64,000 bases of DNA, taken from Gemmatimonadota bacterium. GTDB lineage: Bacteria; Gemmatimonadota; Gemmatimonadetes; Gemmatimonadales; Gemmatimonadaceae. The notes below the pieces were generated by a model. That model saw only the letters and a list, made by a program, of their open reading frames with translations, was not told where the DNA came from and did not search any database. The stretch is from assembly GCA_040389905.1 (NCBI GenBank), contig JAZJZK010000023.1, forward strand, positions 1-64,000. Reading direction: 5' to 3'. A program made the translations under genes and the position numbers. Every line of letters starts with the position of its first letter. Positions within the stretch are counted from its first letter, which is position 1. Shown here piece after piece: positions 10,297-19,995 of the stretch.

Positions 10297-11963
10297 TGCG
10301 CTGGCATGCTCCCGCTCGTTTTGTCGCCCTGAGCGCAGCGAAGGGCCCGCACCTGCTGTTATTGCTGTTAATGCTCACCGCGCACATCGCGTTCGCGCAA
10401 GGCGCCGCGCCAACGTATCAACCCGGCATCAACGTCGTGAACTACGAGTTCGGGCTCGTACTGCCGGACTCCGGATCGCTTGTGCGCGGTGATGCCATCA
10501 TCGCGGTGCGTCGCTCGGCTGGGGTGTCTCGATTGTCGCTCGATCTCGTCGACGCGCTTACCGTGCGCCAGGTGGACGTGAACGGGCGGGGCGTGAAGTC
10601 GGCACACGTAAATGGCCGGATCGACATCCCGCTGGATGGTACCGGGGACAGTCTCGAGGTGCATGTCGCATATGATGGCCCGGTATCGGACGGGCTTGTC
10701 GTTCGGAAGGACGCAAAGGGAAGGTGGACGTGGTTCGGTGACACCTGGCCCAACCGCGCGCGCCATTGGTTGCCGACGGTGGATCACCCCAGCGACAAGG
10801 CGTCAGTGACGTGGAAGGTCACGGCGGCGCCGGAATTGACCGTCGTGGCGAATGGTTCACTCGTATCGGAGAACCGGGTCAGCGTCGATGGCATCCCGCG
10901 TCGCGAAACGCGGTGGCGCGAGTCACGACCGATTCCCACGGACGTGATGGTCATTGCCGCTGCACCGCTCGTGCGCTTCGACATCAACGAACCGGCTTGT
11001 CACCTTGGCGATGAAGGGCAGTGCGTTCGCCAGATGGTATATGTGATGCCCGAGAATGCCGCGTGGCTTCCCGGCGTGTTCACGAGTGTGGGTCCCATCG
11101 TGTCGCTCTTCGAAAGGCTCGTGGGCCCATTTCCCTACGAGAAGCTTGCGCACCTCGAGTCATCGACGCGCTTTGGCGGAATGGAAAACGCGAGTGCAAT
11201 TTTCTACGACGGCAAGTTGTTCAGCGCTCCAACGATCAAGGATGGATTGCTCGCGCATGAAACGGCGCATCAGTGGTTCGGCGACGCCGTCACGGAACGT
11301 GAATGGTCGCACCTCTGGCTCTCGGAGGGATTTGCCACCTATTTCGCAGCGCTGTGGACGAAGCAGGCGCGGGGAGATGCCGCATATCGCACGGAGATGG
11401 CGGGTATCCGCGATCAGGTTCTTGCGGCTCGCGAGGTGGCGACGCGGCCCGTCATCGACACTGCGCAGACCGATTACATGGCACTGCTCAACACGAACAG
11501 CTACCAGAAAGGCGGATACGTTCTCTACATGCTCCACGAGCAACTCGGCGACAGCGCGTTCTTCGGCGCGCTCCGCTCCTACTACGCCACGTATCGTCAC
11601 GGCACGGCGCTGAGCGACGACCTGCGCCGAGAATTCGAGAAGACATCGGGGCGTTCGCTCACGCAGTTCTTCGAGCAGTGGCTCCGCCGCCCAGGGTTCG
11701 CCACGCCGACGCTGGCGTGGGAGTTCGATGGCCCTCGCAACACGGTCACCGTCCGCGTCGTACAGGAGAGCGCACAGGGCGCCTACGAACTGTGGATGCC
11801 GGTTGCGATTACGGACGCAGCGGGCACGACGACTCGGCTCTCTGTAAAGATTCCCGCGGAAGCCCGGTCGTCGATCGTACTCCCCGGACGATACACGTCG
11901 AAGCCAGCGTCCGTTGTTTTCGATCCCGATAATCGGCTACTCGCACGGATCGTTCGACAGTGA
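10296..11963 (+). CDS. M1 family metallo-aminopeptidase, secreted
   Basis: GGMEN exopeptidase motif, HETAHQWFG plus WLSEGFA (HExxH-x18-E), YQKG; signal peptide; TGATG overlap with upstream gene. Confidence 0.92.
   Translation: MRWHAPARFVALSAAKGPHLLLLLLMLTAHIAFAQGAAPTYQPGINVVNYEFGLVLPDSGSLVRGDAIIAVRRSAGVSRLSLDLVDALTVRQVDVNGRGVKSAHVNGRIDIPLDGTGDSLEVHVAYDGPVSDGLVVRKDAKGRWTWFGDTWPNRARHWLPTVDHPSDKASVTWKVTAAPELTVVANGSLVSENRVSVDGIPRRETRWRESRPIPTDVMVIAAAPLVRFDINEPACHLGDEGQCVRQMVYVMPENAAWLPGVFTSVGPIVSLFERLVGPFPYEKLAHLESSTRFGGMENASAIFYDGKLFSAPTIKDGLLAHETAHQWFGDAVTEREWSHLWLSEGFATYFAALWTKQARGDAAYRTEMAGIRDQVLAAREVATRPVIDTAQTDYMALLNTNSYQKGGYVLYMLHEQLGDSAFFGALRSYYATYRHGTALSDDLRREFEKTSGRSLTQFFEQWLRRPGFATPTLAWEFDGPRNTVTVRVVQESAQGAYELWMPVAITDAAGTTTRLSVKIPAEARSSIVLPGRYTSKPASVVFDPDNRLLARIVRQ
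10318..10352. repeat. REP-like element family B half-copy inside the 5' end of the M1 peptidase gene
   Basis: gttttgtcgccctgagcgcagcgaagggcccgcac, 34/35 identical to 54177-54211. Confidence 0.85.
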
Positions 11964-12742
11964 AGACATCGATGCTTGGTTGGATCCTCCTGCTGACGTG
12001 TGCGCTCGACGTCGCGGGCGCGCAGGGAAGTGCGAGCCCCTTGTCGACGACGGCAGCCGATGCCCTGCTCGACGAGGGGCGTTGGGCGGAAGCGGAGTCG
12101 ATGTACTATCTCCAGTCGGAGCGCGCGCCGCGCGACCCGGTCGCGCGTGCTGCGCTGGGACGCTTCATCGCGATGAAGGGCGCAATCAAACCAGGAATCG
12201 TGCTGATCGAGGAAGCGCGTAAATTCGGGCTCGATCCGTCAATCGCGCACGAATTGATCGAACCGTTGCGCGCGATTCAGTCGTGGCGTGACATGGCGCT
12301 GGACTTCAAGAAGGACTCCACGTTCATCGTACGCCTCGCGTCGTCGCGCGACGCGTTGTTTCAGATCGCCATTCCCTACCGCAACGGCGTGCCGCGGCTT
12401 CCCGGGATGGTCGGTGGCGCCAGCGAGCTCCGGTGGCACGAAGTTGTGCCGCGCGCCATCGGCCTGGATAGCATTGGTGCCGAAGGCCGTCCGATCGGGA
12501 TCGACGTGTTCGAGGCGCTCGCGCCCTCGCTCCAGGTGCGCGATGGCGAGATGGTGCTGCATGCCAACTCGCGCTCCGCGCTGTCCGCGTCAGGGCGCCG
12601 GTACCAGCTGCTGCGTACGCCGCGTGAGATTCGCGTGCTGGTAGGTGACCAGCGAGTGTTGACGCTCGTTGAGGCGTTGAGCGAGCTCCGTGCAAGCTGG
12701 TGGCAGCTCGACCTCGTGCACGGAGTGTTGGTAGTGCGCTGA
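11960..12742 (+). CDS. Exported hypothetical protein with N-terminal TPR-like helices
   Basis: Signal peptide, ADALLDEGRWAEAESMY...PRDPVARAALG TPR-like pattern; GTGA overlap. Confidence 0.65.
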   Translation: MKTSMLGWILLLTCALDVAGAQGSASPLSTTAADALLDEGRWAEAESMYYLQSERAPRDPVARAALGRFIAMKGAIKPGIVLIEEARKFGLDPSIAHELIEPLRAIQSWRDMALDFKKDSTFIVRLASSRDALFQIAIPYRNGVPRLPGMVGGASELRWHEVVPRAIGLDSIGAEGRPIGIDVFEALAPSLQVRDGEMVLHANSRSALSASGRRYQLLRTPREIRVLVGDQRVLTLVEALSELRASWWQLDLVHGVLVVR

Positions 12743-12765
12743 GGACGCGCTGTCAGTGAGCGACC

Positions 12766-14085
12766 TCACGCACTCGAGTCGCTACCGAGTTGGATGCTGC
12801 ACGGTGCGCCAGCGACGAGTTCGAATGCGTACCCCTGATGGCGGAACGTGGATAGAAGGGAGTCGAGCGCGTCGGTCTTGGGTTCCCACTGTATCCTGTT
12901 CGCCGGCTTTCGGCGCGCATTTTTCAGCGCACGGTCGGCCTCGCGCTTTGTGTCCGTCGCATCGACCGGGTAGGTGATAACGATCGTGTACATGTCGTCC
13001 TTGGCCCGCGAGGCAACAATCCAGTTGACGGTATCGCGTTCGGGGTTCCCGTGCTTTCCGTCTCCGGAAAGTACGTATGTGTCGGCAATCACCTGTTTGA
13101 AGAATTCCGGCGCAAGGTTCCGGTCACTGCCGTGATGCGGCACCTTCAGAATATCGACTGCAAGCGCGTCGCCATTCGCGACGAAACCGGCGGCTTGAAG
13201 CCCCTCGAGAACCTTGTCTCCCCGCGCATCGCCCGTGAGCAGGACTCGCTTGCCGTCAAACTCAACCATACACACGATACTTGAAAGATTCGTGACGCTG
13301 TCGTCAGCGTACGCGGCCAGCACCGCCTCGGCGGTGAGCCCTTTGTTCTCGATGTATTCATCGAACTCAGCCTGTAGGGCCTCAATCTCCTCCTTTGCTG
13401 GGCCGAGGATGGTGATCTTGAGGCCATCCACTGTCACTGCCTTCGGATGCGGTAGCCGTGTGATCAGCGTTGGACGGCCATGCGCGTCGACAATTGGGGT
13501 GTTGGGTGCGCTGCTGACATTGGCGTTGTAAAGGACTTCGTGGTCGTCGCGAAGATCCCGGCCGTCTGCGTGGCCAGCGAGCAACAGCCCAACATCCCAC
13601 GCTTCATCTGCCGCCTCGTCTTCCGTCGCCCCGTCCTCACGTAACTGCTTCGCGAGCGTATCAACGACGGCCGCATCCGGCTTACCGTTCACGCTCGCCT
13701 GATACGACGCAGTGAACGTGCGAAAGTACTGGTCGATTCCGTCGCCGAGAATGTCATTGAAGGTGTTGTGCCAAAGGCGACGGACATGATAACGCTGCTC
13801 ATCGGCCGGCGTGTGGGCGTCGATCTGCTGCCGGACTTCACGAACGAGCTTCTTGATACCCACAATGTGATCAGTGTCGACATGGCTGACCATCACCAGA
13901 TCGAGCTGCAACCGACCTCCGCCGCGCGCATCCGCAATCTCGTCGAGGCGAGCTCGGAGATGCTGCTCATAGATCCGTCGAGGGCCGCCGTCTATGACTG
14001 CGAGTCGCGGCGCGGCGGGCGTTCCCCAGTGCAGCAACAGACAATCACCTTCTTCCGCCGGCAGAACTTCGAGCGTAAACAACAC
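12766..14085 (-). CDS. MBL-fold metallo-hydrolase, ComEC/Rec2 / Avs1a-like (putative nuclease)
   Basis: LPAEEGDCLLL, IDGG, SHVDTDHIVG, NLSSIV, LLTGDA, KVPHHGS, SGDGKHGNP; GTG start after a GGGAGA RBS; no signal peptide. Confidence 0.85.
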   Translation of the reverse strand: MLFTLEVLPAEEGDCLLLHWGTPAAPRLAVIDGGPRRIYEQHLRARLDEIADARGGGRLQLDLVMVSHVDTDHIVGIKKLVREVRQQIDAHTPADEQRYHVRRLWHNTFNDILGDGIDQYFRTFTASYQASVNGKPDAAVVDTLAKQLREDGATEDEAADEAWDVGLLLAGHADGRDLRDDHEVLYNANVSSAPNTPIVDAHGRPTLITRLPHPKAVTVDGLKITILGPAKEEIEALQAEFDEYIENKGLTAEAVLAAYADDSVTNLSSIVCMVEFDGKRVLLTGDARGDKVLEGLQAAGFVANGDALAVDILKVPHHGSDRNLAPEFFKQVIADTYVLSGDGKHGNPERDTVNWIVASRAKDDMYTIVITYPVDATDTKREADRALKNARRKPANRIQWEPKTDALDSLLSTFRHQGYAFELVAGAPCSIQLGSDSSA

Positions 14086-14103
14086 GTGTTGATCTCCCGG
14101 GGT

Positions 14104-16209
14104 TCAGATTGATTGCATGGCGCGCAGTACATCGACGAGGCCATGGCCCTGAAAGTATTTTTCCCGGCCGAGATCCGTCGCGCTGTCGCAGAGGATCTGC
14201 TTGATGCGCGCGGAGTTGCCGATCAGCTCACGGTGGCGGGCGAGCAGCATTGCCGCTGCTCCGCTCACGAAGGGGGCCGCCATGCTGGTTCCGTCGAGCT
14301 CGTCATCCGCAGAGTTGCGAATGGGGCCTCGAATCTGTTCGCCCGGTGCAACGAGGTCGGGCTTGGCCCGCCCGTCTCCCGTAGGGCCGCGGCTCGAGAA
14401 GTAGCTCACTCCGAACATGTGCGGTTTGAGGCGATGAGTGGCGCCTACTGTGATGACGTCGCGCGCGTTGCCCGGATCCGTAATTGAGCAGAAGACGAAG
14501 TTTCCAAAGCCGATCTCCATCTCGTTCCAGCCGCGATTCCCCGCCGCCGCGACCACAACGACGCCGGAATTCGACAGGCGGTCGCATGCCGTGCAAACCG
14601 GAGTCGCGCCACAGCCATAGTTCCGCACCTCGTGCGGAATGGACATGCTGATGTTGACGCCGTGAATGACCGGCCCATTCGCACCAGCGCGAGAATTCGT
14701 GAATTGCACGTACTCGAGCGCGGCGAGCATAGCGAACTCCGTGCTTTTCCGGTCGGCCGAGTGGATGACGCGGAGATCGTACAGTCGAATGTCTGGGCAA
14801 ACACCCTGAAGATAGGGTTTCTCCTGATCCGGGATGCGCCAGTCCGCCCCGAGAATGCCGGCTACATGCGTTCCGTGGTCCGAGGACAAACCCGCCCCGT
14901 CGTCCTGATTACCGAGCCGGATGAGTGGCTCGATCAAGTTCCAGTCAGGAGGAATCCGTTGTTCCAGCTGACGCGCGATCGCCTTGAGGTTCGTCTCCGC
15001 CAGGAGGGAGAAATGAGGGTCGAACGACGGTCTACCAGGGATCTCTTGCAATTCCCTCACGACGCCCTGGATTACCTCGTTCCGTTCCGCAGATTCGTCA
15101 GAGAAGGCCGTGAGGTCGAAGTTGCGAATCCGGTCAATGCGGGTGAAGTCCAGCGTCGCCGTCACCCTCGTCGGCGTCGGCTCGATCAGGTTCCCACGCC
15201 GATCGCGCGCACCGTGGTCGAGGAATGCCGGATGACTTGTGGCGATACCGGAGTCGATCACGGCCCACGTGATGCCGCGGCACGATACGTCGAATACACG
15301 CGTCGCCGCATCCGCCTTCACAGTGCAGTTGGCGTCCGCGTCCGCGAGGCTCGCTTCACGATCGAGAAAGACCCGCTGGATCATCTCCGGCGGCTCAGGT
15401 ACCGTGGACGGCTCTGGAGCTCGCTCCTGCTTGAAGCCTTGCTCGATATCGTGGAGTTCGGGGAAGGGTTCGTAGCTTCGCGAGAGCTCCATGCGGGCCG
15501 ACCGCGCAATGTCCTCCGCATGATTATCGATCCAGGTAGCGAAACGCGTCTGGAATTCGGACGACTTCGGGTCGAGTGAGCGCACGGCATCGAGAAAGCC
15601 CGGCACGTCTGCGGCCGCCCGAAATACTCCGATGAGTGCTGCGAGCGGCGCGGCTTCACTGACTCGACGATCGACGAGAAACTCATCAGACGGCGCCAGT
15701 GTCCCGTGTGGCTGCGGCGCAGATCCCCGTTTCCCGAGCTTGCTAAGAATGGCCTGCTCGAGCATGTCCTCAAGCATTTGTCCGTGCCGAAAAGCCTTCC
15801 TGCGCAGTGCGCCCAGCTGCTTTCGGTGCCACCAGCTTGTGAGTGGAAGGACCACACGAAGCAACTCGTCGAAATAGAGTGTTACCGCGACAAAATTCTC
15901 CAGCGGTGAAACCGCAGGCGACTCTCGAGGCCCAAGGTCTGGATTACCGGCGCGATAGCTCGTGATCGAGCGGTGCAGGACATATCCGAGCACGACGGCG
16001 CTCGGGCCCGGCGACGGTGCGACAAGTACGCGCTGTGGCTTGGCCGCATCCTTCGCGAAGGCGAGCCAAACATCCGTGACGATACCGCCGTCCTGAGTAT
16101 ATCGCTCGATGGCGTCGCGGTGCGTCTTGCCGAGAAGAAAATACTCGATGACGAAAGTTGGTATCGCGGTCACTGGCGGCTCGGCGTTGTTGTCGGCGAG
16201 CGCAAGCAT
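14104..16209 (-). CDS. S8 (subtilisin-like) serine peptidase with a large unassigned N-terminal domain, cytoplasmic
   Basis: Triad AVIDSG (Asp), HGTHVAG (His), GTSMAAP (Ser), oxyanion AAAGN, FSSRGPTGDGRAKPDLVAPG; no signal peptide. Confidence 0.92.
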   Translation of the reverse strand: MLALADNNAEPPVTAIPTFVIEYFLLGKTHRDAIERYTQDGGIVTDVWLAFAKDAAKPQRVLVAPSPGPSAVVLGYVLHRSITSYRAGNPDLGPRESPAVSPLENFVAVTLYFDELLRVVLPLTSWWHRKQLGALRRKAFRHGQMLEDMLEQAILSKLGKRGSAPQPHGTLAPSDEFLVDRRVSEAAPLAALIGVFRAAADVPGFLDAVRSLDPKSSEFQTRFATWIDNHAEDIARSARMELSRSYEPFPELHDIEQGFKQERAPEPSTVPEPPEMIQRVFLDREASLADADANCTVKADAATRVFDVSCRGITWAVIDSGIATSHPAFLDHGARDRRGNLIEPTPTRVTATLDFTRIDRIRNFDLTAFSDESAERNEVIQGVVRELQEIPGRPSFDPHFSLLAETNLKAIARQLEQRIPPDWNLIEPLIRLGNQDDGAGLSSDHGTHVAGILGADWRIPDQEKPYLQGVCPDIRLYDLRVIHSADRKSTEFAMLAALEYVQFTNSRAGANGPVIHGVNISMSIPHEVRNYGCGATPVCTACDRLSNSGVVVVAAAGNRGWNEMEIGFGNFVFCSITDPGNARDVITVGATHRLKPHMFGVSYFSSRGPTGDGRAKPDLVAPGEQIRGPIRNSADDELDGTSMAAPFVSGAAAMLLARHRELIGNSARIKQILCDSATDLGREKYFQGHGLVDVLRAMQSI

Positions 16210-16352
16210 AACACACCAATACTGAGCTTAGCAACTACTTAAGAACGCGCACGGCAGTGCGGGAAGGACAGCCGTTGTTCGTACCTGCGTATCCACGAAT
16301 CGGCGCGCGCAGAGCGGAGGGTCCGCCGGACGTCCACCTTTTGCGGCTACGA

Positions 16353-16823
16353 TCAGCGGCCGATCGCCCCCAACTCCACCAGCAGGCACCGATCCTGTAC
16401 GACATCGATTCCGGCTTTCGCGAATCGCTCCGCCGCTGCGTCGTTGCGAATCCCCAGCTGGAACCACACGGATGCCGGTTGCGCCGCGAGAATGTCCTCG
16501 ACGTGCGCGTCGATATCGTGGGGGCGGCGGAAGACGTTGACCATGTCCACCCGTTCCGGGATGTCGGCGACCTTTCGGAAGACGGGCGCGCCCAGAATCT
16601 CGGTCACCTCGGGATAGTAAACAGGAACGGGTACGATCTCGTATCCCGATCGCTGCGCATACTGCGGCACGTAGTACGCGGCTTGGCGCGACTCGGCCGT
16701 TTTGATGCCGAGCACGGCAATGCGCTTCGTGCGCTGTAGGAGTCGTGCGATGCCGGGGTCGTCTTCGATGAGGTGTCGGCGCCACTCATCCGATGAGTTG
16801 GTGGTCGTAGTGTTCGAGATCAT
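16353..16823 (-). CDS. CoA-binding protein (YccU-like)
   Basis: RIAVLG, EILGAPVFRKVADIPERVDMVNVFRR, VWFQLGI, VVQDRC. Confidence 0.88.
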   Translation of the reverse strand: MISNTTTTNSSDEWRRHLIEDDPGIARLLQRTKRIAVLGIKTAESRQAAYYVPQYAQRSGYEIVPVPVYYPEVTEILGAPVFRKVADIPERVDMVNVFRRPHDIDAHVEDILAAQPASVWFQLGIRNDAAAERFAKAGIDVVQDRCLLVELGAIGR

Positions 16824-16934
16824 GTGGTCGATTGCATGCGAGGATCGTGCGCGCTCATGCGGTTGTCCGTGCGACAATGGCGACGACTAGATTTCAGGGC
16901 TGAGTTCTGATTGTACGTCCTGGAGAATCCAAAG

Positions 16935-18083
16935 ATGCGAATGCTCGTTCTCGGCGCCGGGCTACAAGGCTCCGCCTGTGCATATGACCTGCTGCGTAAT
17001 CCTGCCGTCAGCCAGGTTCGGCTGGCCGACCTGCGCTTCGACCACCTGCCGGAATTCCTCAAGCCACACTCCGGCCCACGTTTGATTCCCACCACGCTCG
17101 ATGTGCGTGACCGGGGTGCGGTCCTCGCGCTCATGCGCGACTGCGACGCGGTCATGAGTGCGATTCCATACTACTTCAATCTTCAGCTCGCGGAGTGTGC
17201 CGTCGAGGCTGGTGTGCACTTCTGCGATCTCGGTGGCAACACGGAGATCGTCTTTCAGCAGAAGGCGCTTGCCGATCGCGCGGCGGAGAAGGGAATTACA
17301 ATTGTCCCCGATTGTGGCGTCGCCCCGGGCATGGTCAACATCCTGGCGCAGTACGGCATCGAGCAGCTGGACGACGTGTCATCGGTCCGAATCTACGTTG
17401 GCGGTCTGCCGCAGGAACCAGAACCGCCGCTCAACTATCAGATCGTGTACTCCCTCGAGGGCGTGCTCGACTACTACACCACCGAGTCGTGGGTTGTGCG
17501 CGACGGCAAGCGCGTTCACGTTGCCGCGCTCTCCGAACGTGAGCCTGTCGATTTTCCCTCGCCGGCCGGTTCACTCGAGGCGTTTCACACGGCGGGCGGC
17601 CTGTCCACGATGGCCTTCCGCTATGAGGGCCAGATTCCAACCATGGAATACAAGACGCTCCGCTATCCCGGCCACGCCGAGATGATGGAGGCAATTCGTT
17701 CACTGGGACTCTTGAGTCTGGAGCCAGTGGATGTCAAGGGAACGCAGGTCGTGCCGCGCGACCTCTTTGTCAGCATCGTCGGGCCGCTGCTCACGAAGCC
17801 AAAGGGCAAGGATCTCCTCGCCCTTCGCGTGACGGTGAAAGGGATGAAGGACGGCAAGCCTGCGTCACGCCAGTTCGATCTTATCGACATGTACGATGAA
17901 GAACACGGCATCTCCGCGATGATGCGGACGACGGGTTATTCGCTGTCGATCACCGGACAGATGCAGGCGACCGGAAAGGTTCAGCCGCCCGGTGTGTGGA
18001 CGCCCGACGAGTGCATGCCGGCGGTCGAGTACATCGCCGAGTTGCGTGCGCGGGGTATCAAGATCGTCGAGACTTCGAACTGA
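16935..18083 (+). CDS. Saccharopine dehydrogenase family protein (lysine 6-dehydrogenase-like)
   Basis: Rossmann VLGAGLQG, DLGGN, DCGVAPG, VGGLP, YKTLRYPGH, SAMMRTTG; GGAGA RBS. Confidence 0.88.
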   Translation: MRMLVLGAGLQGSACAYDLLRNPAVSQVRLADLRFDHLPEFLKPHSGPRLIPTTLDVRDRGAVLALMRDCDAVMSAIPYYFNLQLAECAVEAGVHFCDLGGNTEIVFQQKALADRAAEKGITIVPDCGVAPGMVNILAQYGIEQLDDVSSVRIYVGGLPQEPEPPLNYQIVYSLEGVLDYYTTESWVVRDGKRVHVAALSEREPVDFPSPAGSLEAFHTAGGLSTMAFRYEGQIPTMEYKTLRYPGHAEMMEAIRSLGLLSLEPVDVKGTQVVPRDLFVSIVGPLLTKPKGKDLLALRVTVKGMKDGKPASRQFDLIDMYDEEHGISAMMRTTGYSLSITGQMQATGKVQPPGVWTPDECMPAVEYIAELRARGIKIVETSN

Positions 18084-18286
18084 CGTACGAGGTACCCGGA
18101 ATCCGGTATCCGGACTGGCATACGACCCAAGAGGAGCCGTAGACCCGATCTACGCATGAACGCCGTGCCCAAAACCAGTCACGGCGTTTGACGCTGTTCG
18201 TTCTCGGCGCGACTGGGACAGCCAGGGATACTTCTGAGCCGGGAGAGCGAGTCCCGGTACGTTGTACCAGGTACCTGTACGTTAGT
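18079..18286. mobile_element. Putative MITE-like / long-hairpin element, copy 1 (208 bp)
   Basis: Ends actgacgtac...gtacgttagt; left arm homologous to the copy starting at 24055; internal hairpin aacgccgtg/cacggcgtt. Confidence 0.55.
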
Positions 18287-18296
18287 GAAAGGAAGC

Positions 18297-19892
18297 CTAT
18301 TCGCGGACAAAGTTGGCTAGTGTCGCGCCGATGGCGTCCATCGCCGACTTCGCATTCCACTTGTCCCGTCCGTTGTAGATGAACGAGAAGGCGACGATTT
18401 CACCGTTCTTCGCCGTGACGTAGCCGCCGAGTCCGACAACGACATCCGTGGTGCCTGTCTTGGCGTGCAGATTTCCTTCTGCGGGCGTGCCTCGCATTCG
18501 CCGGCGCAGGAGCTCTGATTCGCCGGCCACTGGCAACGAGCCGTGAAATGCCGACGACCACGGTCCCTTGTGCGCATAGCTCAGCAGCTGAATCATCGAA
18601 CGAGGCGTGAGATAGTCGAACGTCGAGAGTCCGGACCCGTCGGACACACGTACCTCTTCGGCGTTTGCGCCCACCTTCCGCGTCATGAATTCACGGAGAT
18701 TGCCGAGGCCGGCCTGTGCGGAACTCATCCCCCCTGGCGCGACGGCGCGCGCCGCATCCCTGTACAACAGCTCAGCGACGATGTTGATGCTCTCCCGATT
18801 CATCTCCGACACGATCTGCGACAGCGGTGGCGAGACGAGCCCCGCCAGCTTCACCGCAGTGGCCGGCGTCGGTGCCGGCCGGATCGTACCGGCGACGGTG
18901 ACGCCCACATTCTGCAGTGCAGCGCGCAGCGCGCCAGCCGTGAAGAGGGCAGGGTCGTCAACGACGAGCGAATAGCGAAGGGGTCCGCTTCCAGAGCCGA
19001 TCGTTCCAGAAACGTCGATGCCTCCGTCGATGGCCTTGCGTGCGGTGATTCGTCCGCGCCGGCCTGCGACAAGCCGGACGGTACTGCGAACGGGAATTGT
19101 CGTCGTCGCCGGTTCGAGCGTAACCTGGGCCACCTTGCCCGCTGGGTTCACGACGACCCAGACGAGATTCTCATTGAGGGAAAGTGCCGATACGCGGGCC
19201 GAATACGACGCGCCGAGATTCTTCGCCTTCCATCCATCGGGGACGAGTTGATCGTCGAACGCAGTGGCATCGTAGACCAGGTCGCCCGTTACCGTCTTCA
19301 CACCGGATGCTGCCACCGATTGTGCGAGCGACGCCATCGGAAGATTGGGGTCCTTGTAGAAGCGCGCCGACATCGATGGATCCCCGTCGGCGCGAAGGTA
19401 CAGATTTCCAGAAACGGTACCGTTCGCAGCGACGGCGCCGTCACGCAGCACGTCAGTCGAAAAGGTGTGATCGGGACCGAAGCGCTCGAGGGCCACGGCG
19501 GTCGTGTACAGCTTCATCGTGGATGCGGGCTGCATCATCTCGCCAGCATACTGCGAGAAGAGGGTGTCGCCGCGCGTCAGCGAAACGACCATGACGCCAA
19601 ACTGTCCACCCTTCACGCGACGGTTGAGCATGTCGGTCATGTCTGCGACGAGTTGCGGCGTTCCGTGTGGCGACGTCCAGGACGGCTGTGCAGGAGCGCT
19701 GGGACGCCGCGCAGCCACGCGCCGAACGGGCGTCTGACGCTTCGGCGTCGCCTTTTTCGCTGCAGTCTGCGGCGCTGGCGACATGGGCGCCGCGTGGGCG
19801 GCGAGGTCGGTTGGATGCGCGAGCAGAAACGCGAGTGCAGCGACGATGGCCGCTGCGCTCAGCGCACGCGGCCGGATTGGGGGACAAGGCAT
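18297..19892 (-). CDS. dacB: D-alanyl-D-alanine carboxypeptidase/endopeptidase (PBP4, peptidase S13)
   Basis: PASTMK (SxxK), ESIN (SxN), DGSGLS, AKTGT; signal peptide after the ATG at 19892 (track start 20042 overlaps the next gene). Confidence 0.92.
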   Translation of the reverse strand: MPCPPIRPRALSAAAIVAALAFLLAHPTDLAAHAAPMSPAPQTAAKKATPKRQTPVRRVAARRPSAPAQPSWTSPHGTPQLVADMTDMLNRRVKGGQFGVMVVSLTRGDTLFSQYAGEMMQPASTMKLYTTAVALERFGPDHTFSTDVLRDGAVAANGTVSGNLYLRADGDPSMSARFYKDPNLPMASLAQSVAASGVKTVTGDLVYDATAFDDQLVPDGWKAKNLGASYSARVSALSLNENLVWVVVNPAGKVAQVTLEPATTTIPVRSTVRLVAGRRGRITARKAIDGGIDVSGTIGSGSGPLRYSLVVDDPALFTAGALRAALQNVGVTVAGTIRPAPTPATAVKLAGLVSPPLSQIVSEMNRESINIVAELLYRDAARAVAPGGMSSAQAGLGNLREFMTRKVGANAEEVRVSDGSGLSTFDYLTPRSMIQLLSYAHKGPWSSAFHGSLPVAGESELLRRRMRGTPAEGNLHAKTGTTDVVVGLGGYVTAKNGEIVAFSFIYNGRDKWNAKSAMDAIGATLANFVRE

Positions 19893-19995
19893 CACGGGCT
19901 GAACAGGCAACTCGCGTTCCAAGTGTCGAGCGGAAAGGAGAACAGCGGACTGGAGCAATCTAGCTGACAGAGAACGGGGGGCAGGGACGCGGACT

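Noticed and set aside
12743..16352. Integrated mobile element boundaries around the S8-MBL pair
   Set aside because: No integrase, transposase, tRNA or flanking direct repeats seen, so mobility is not supported.
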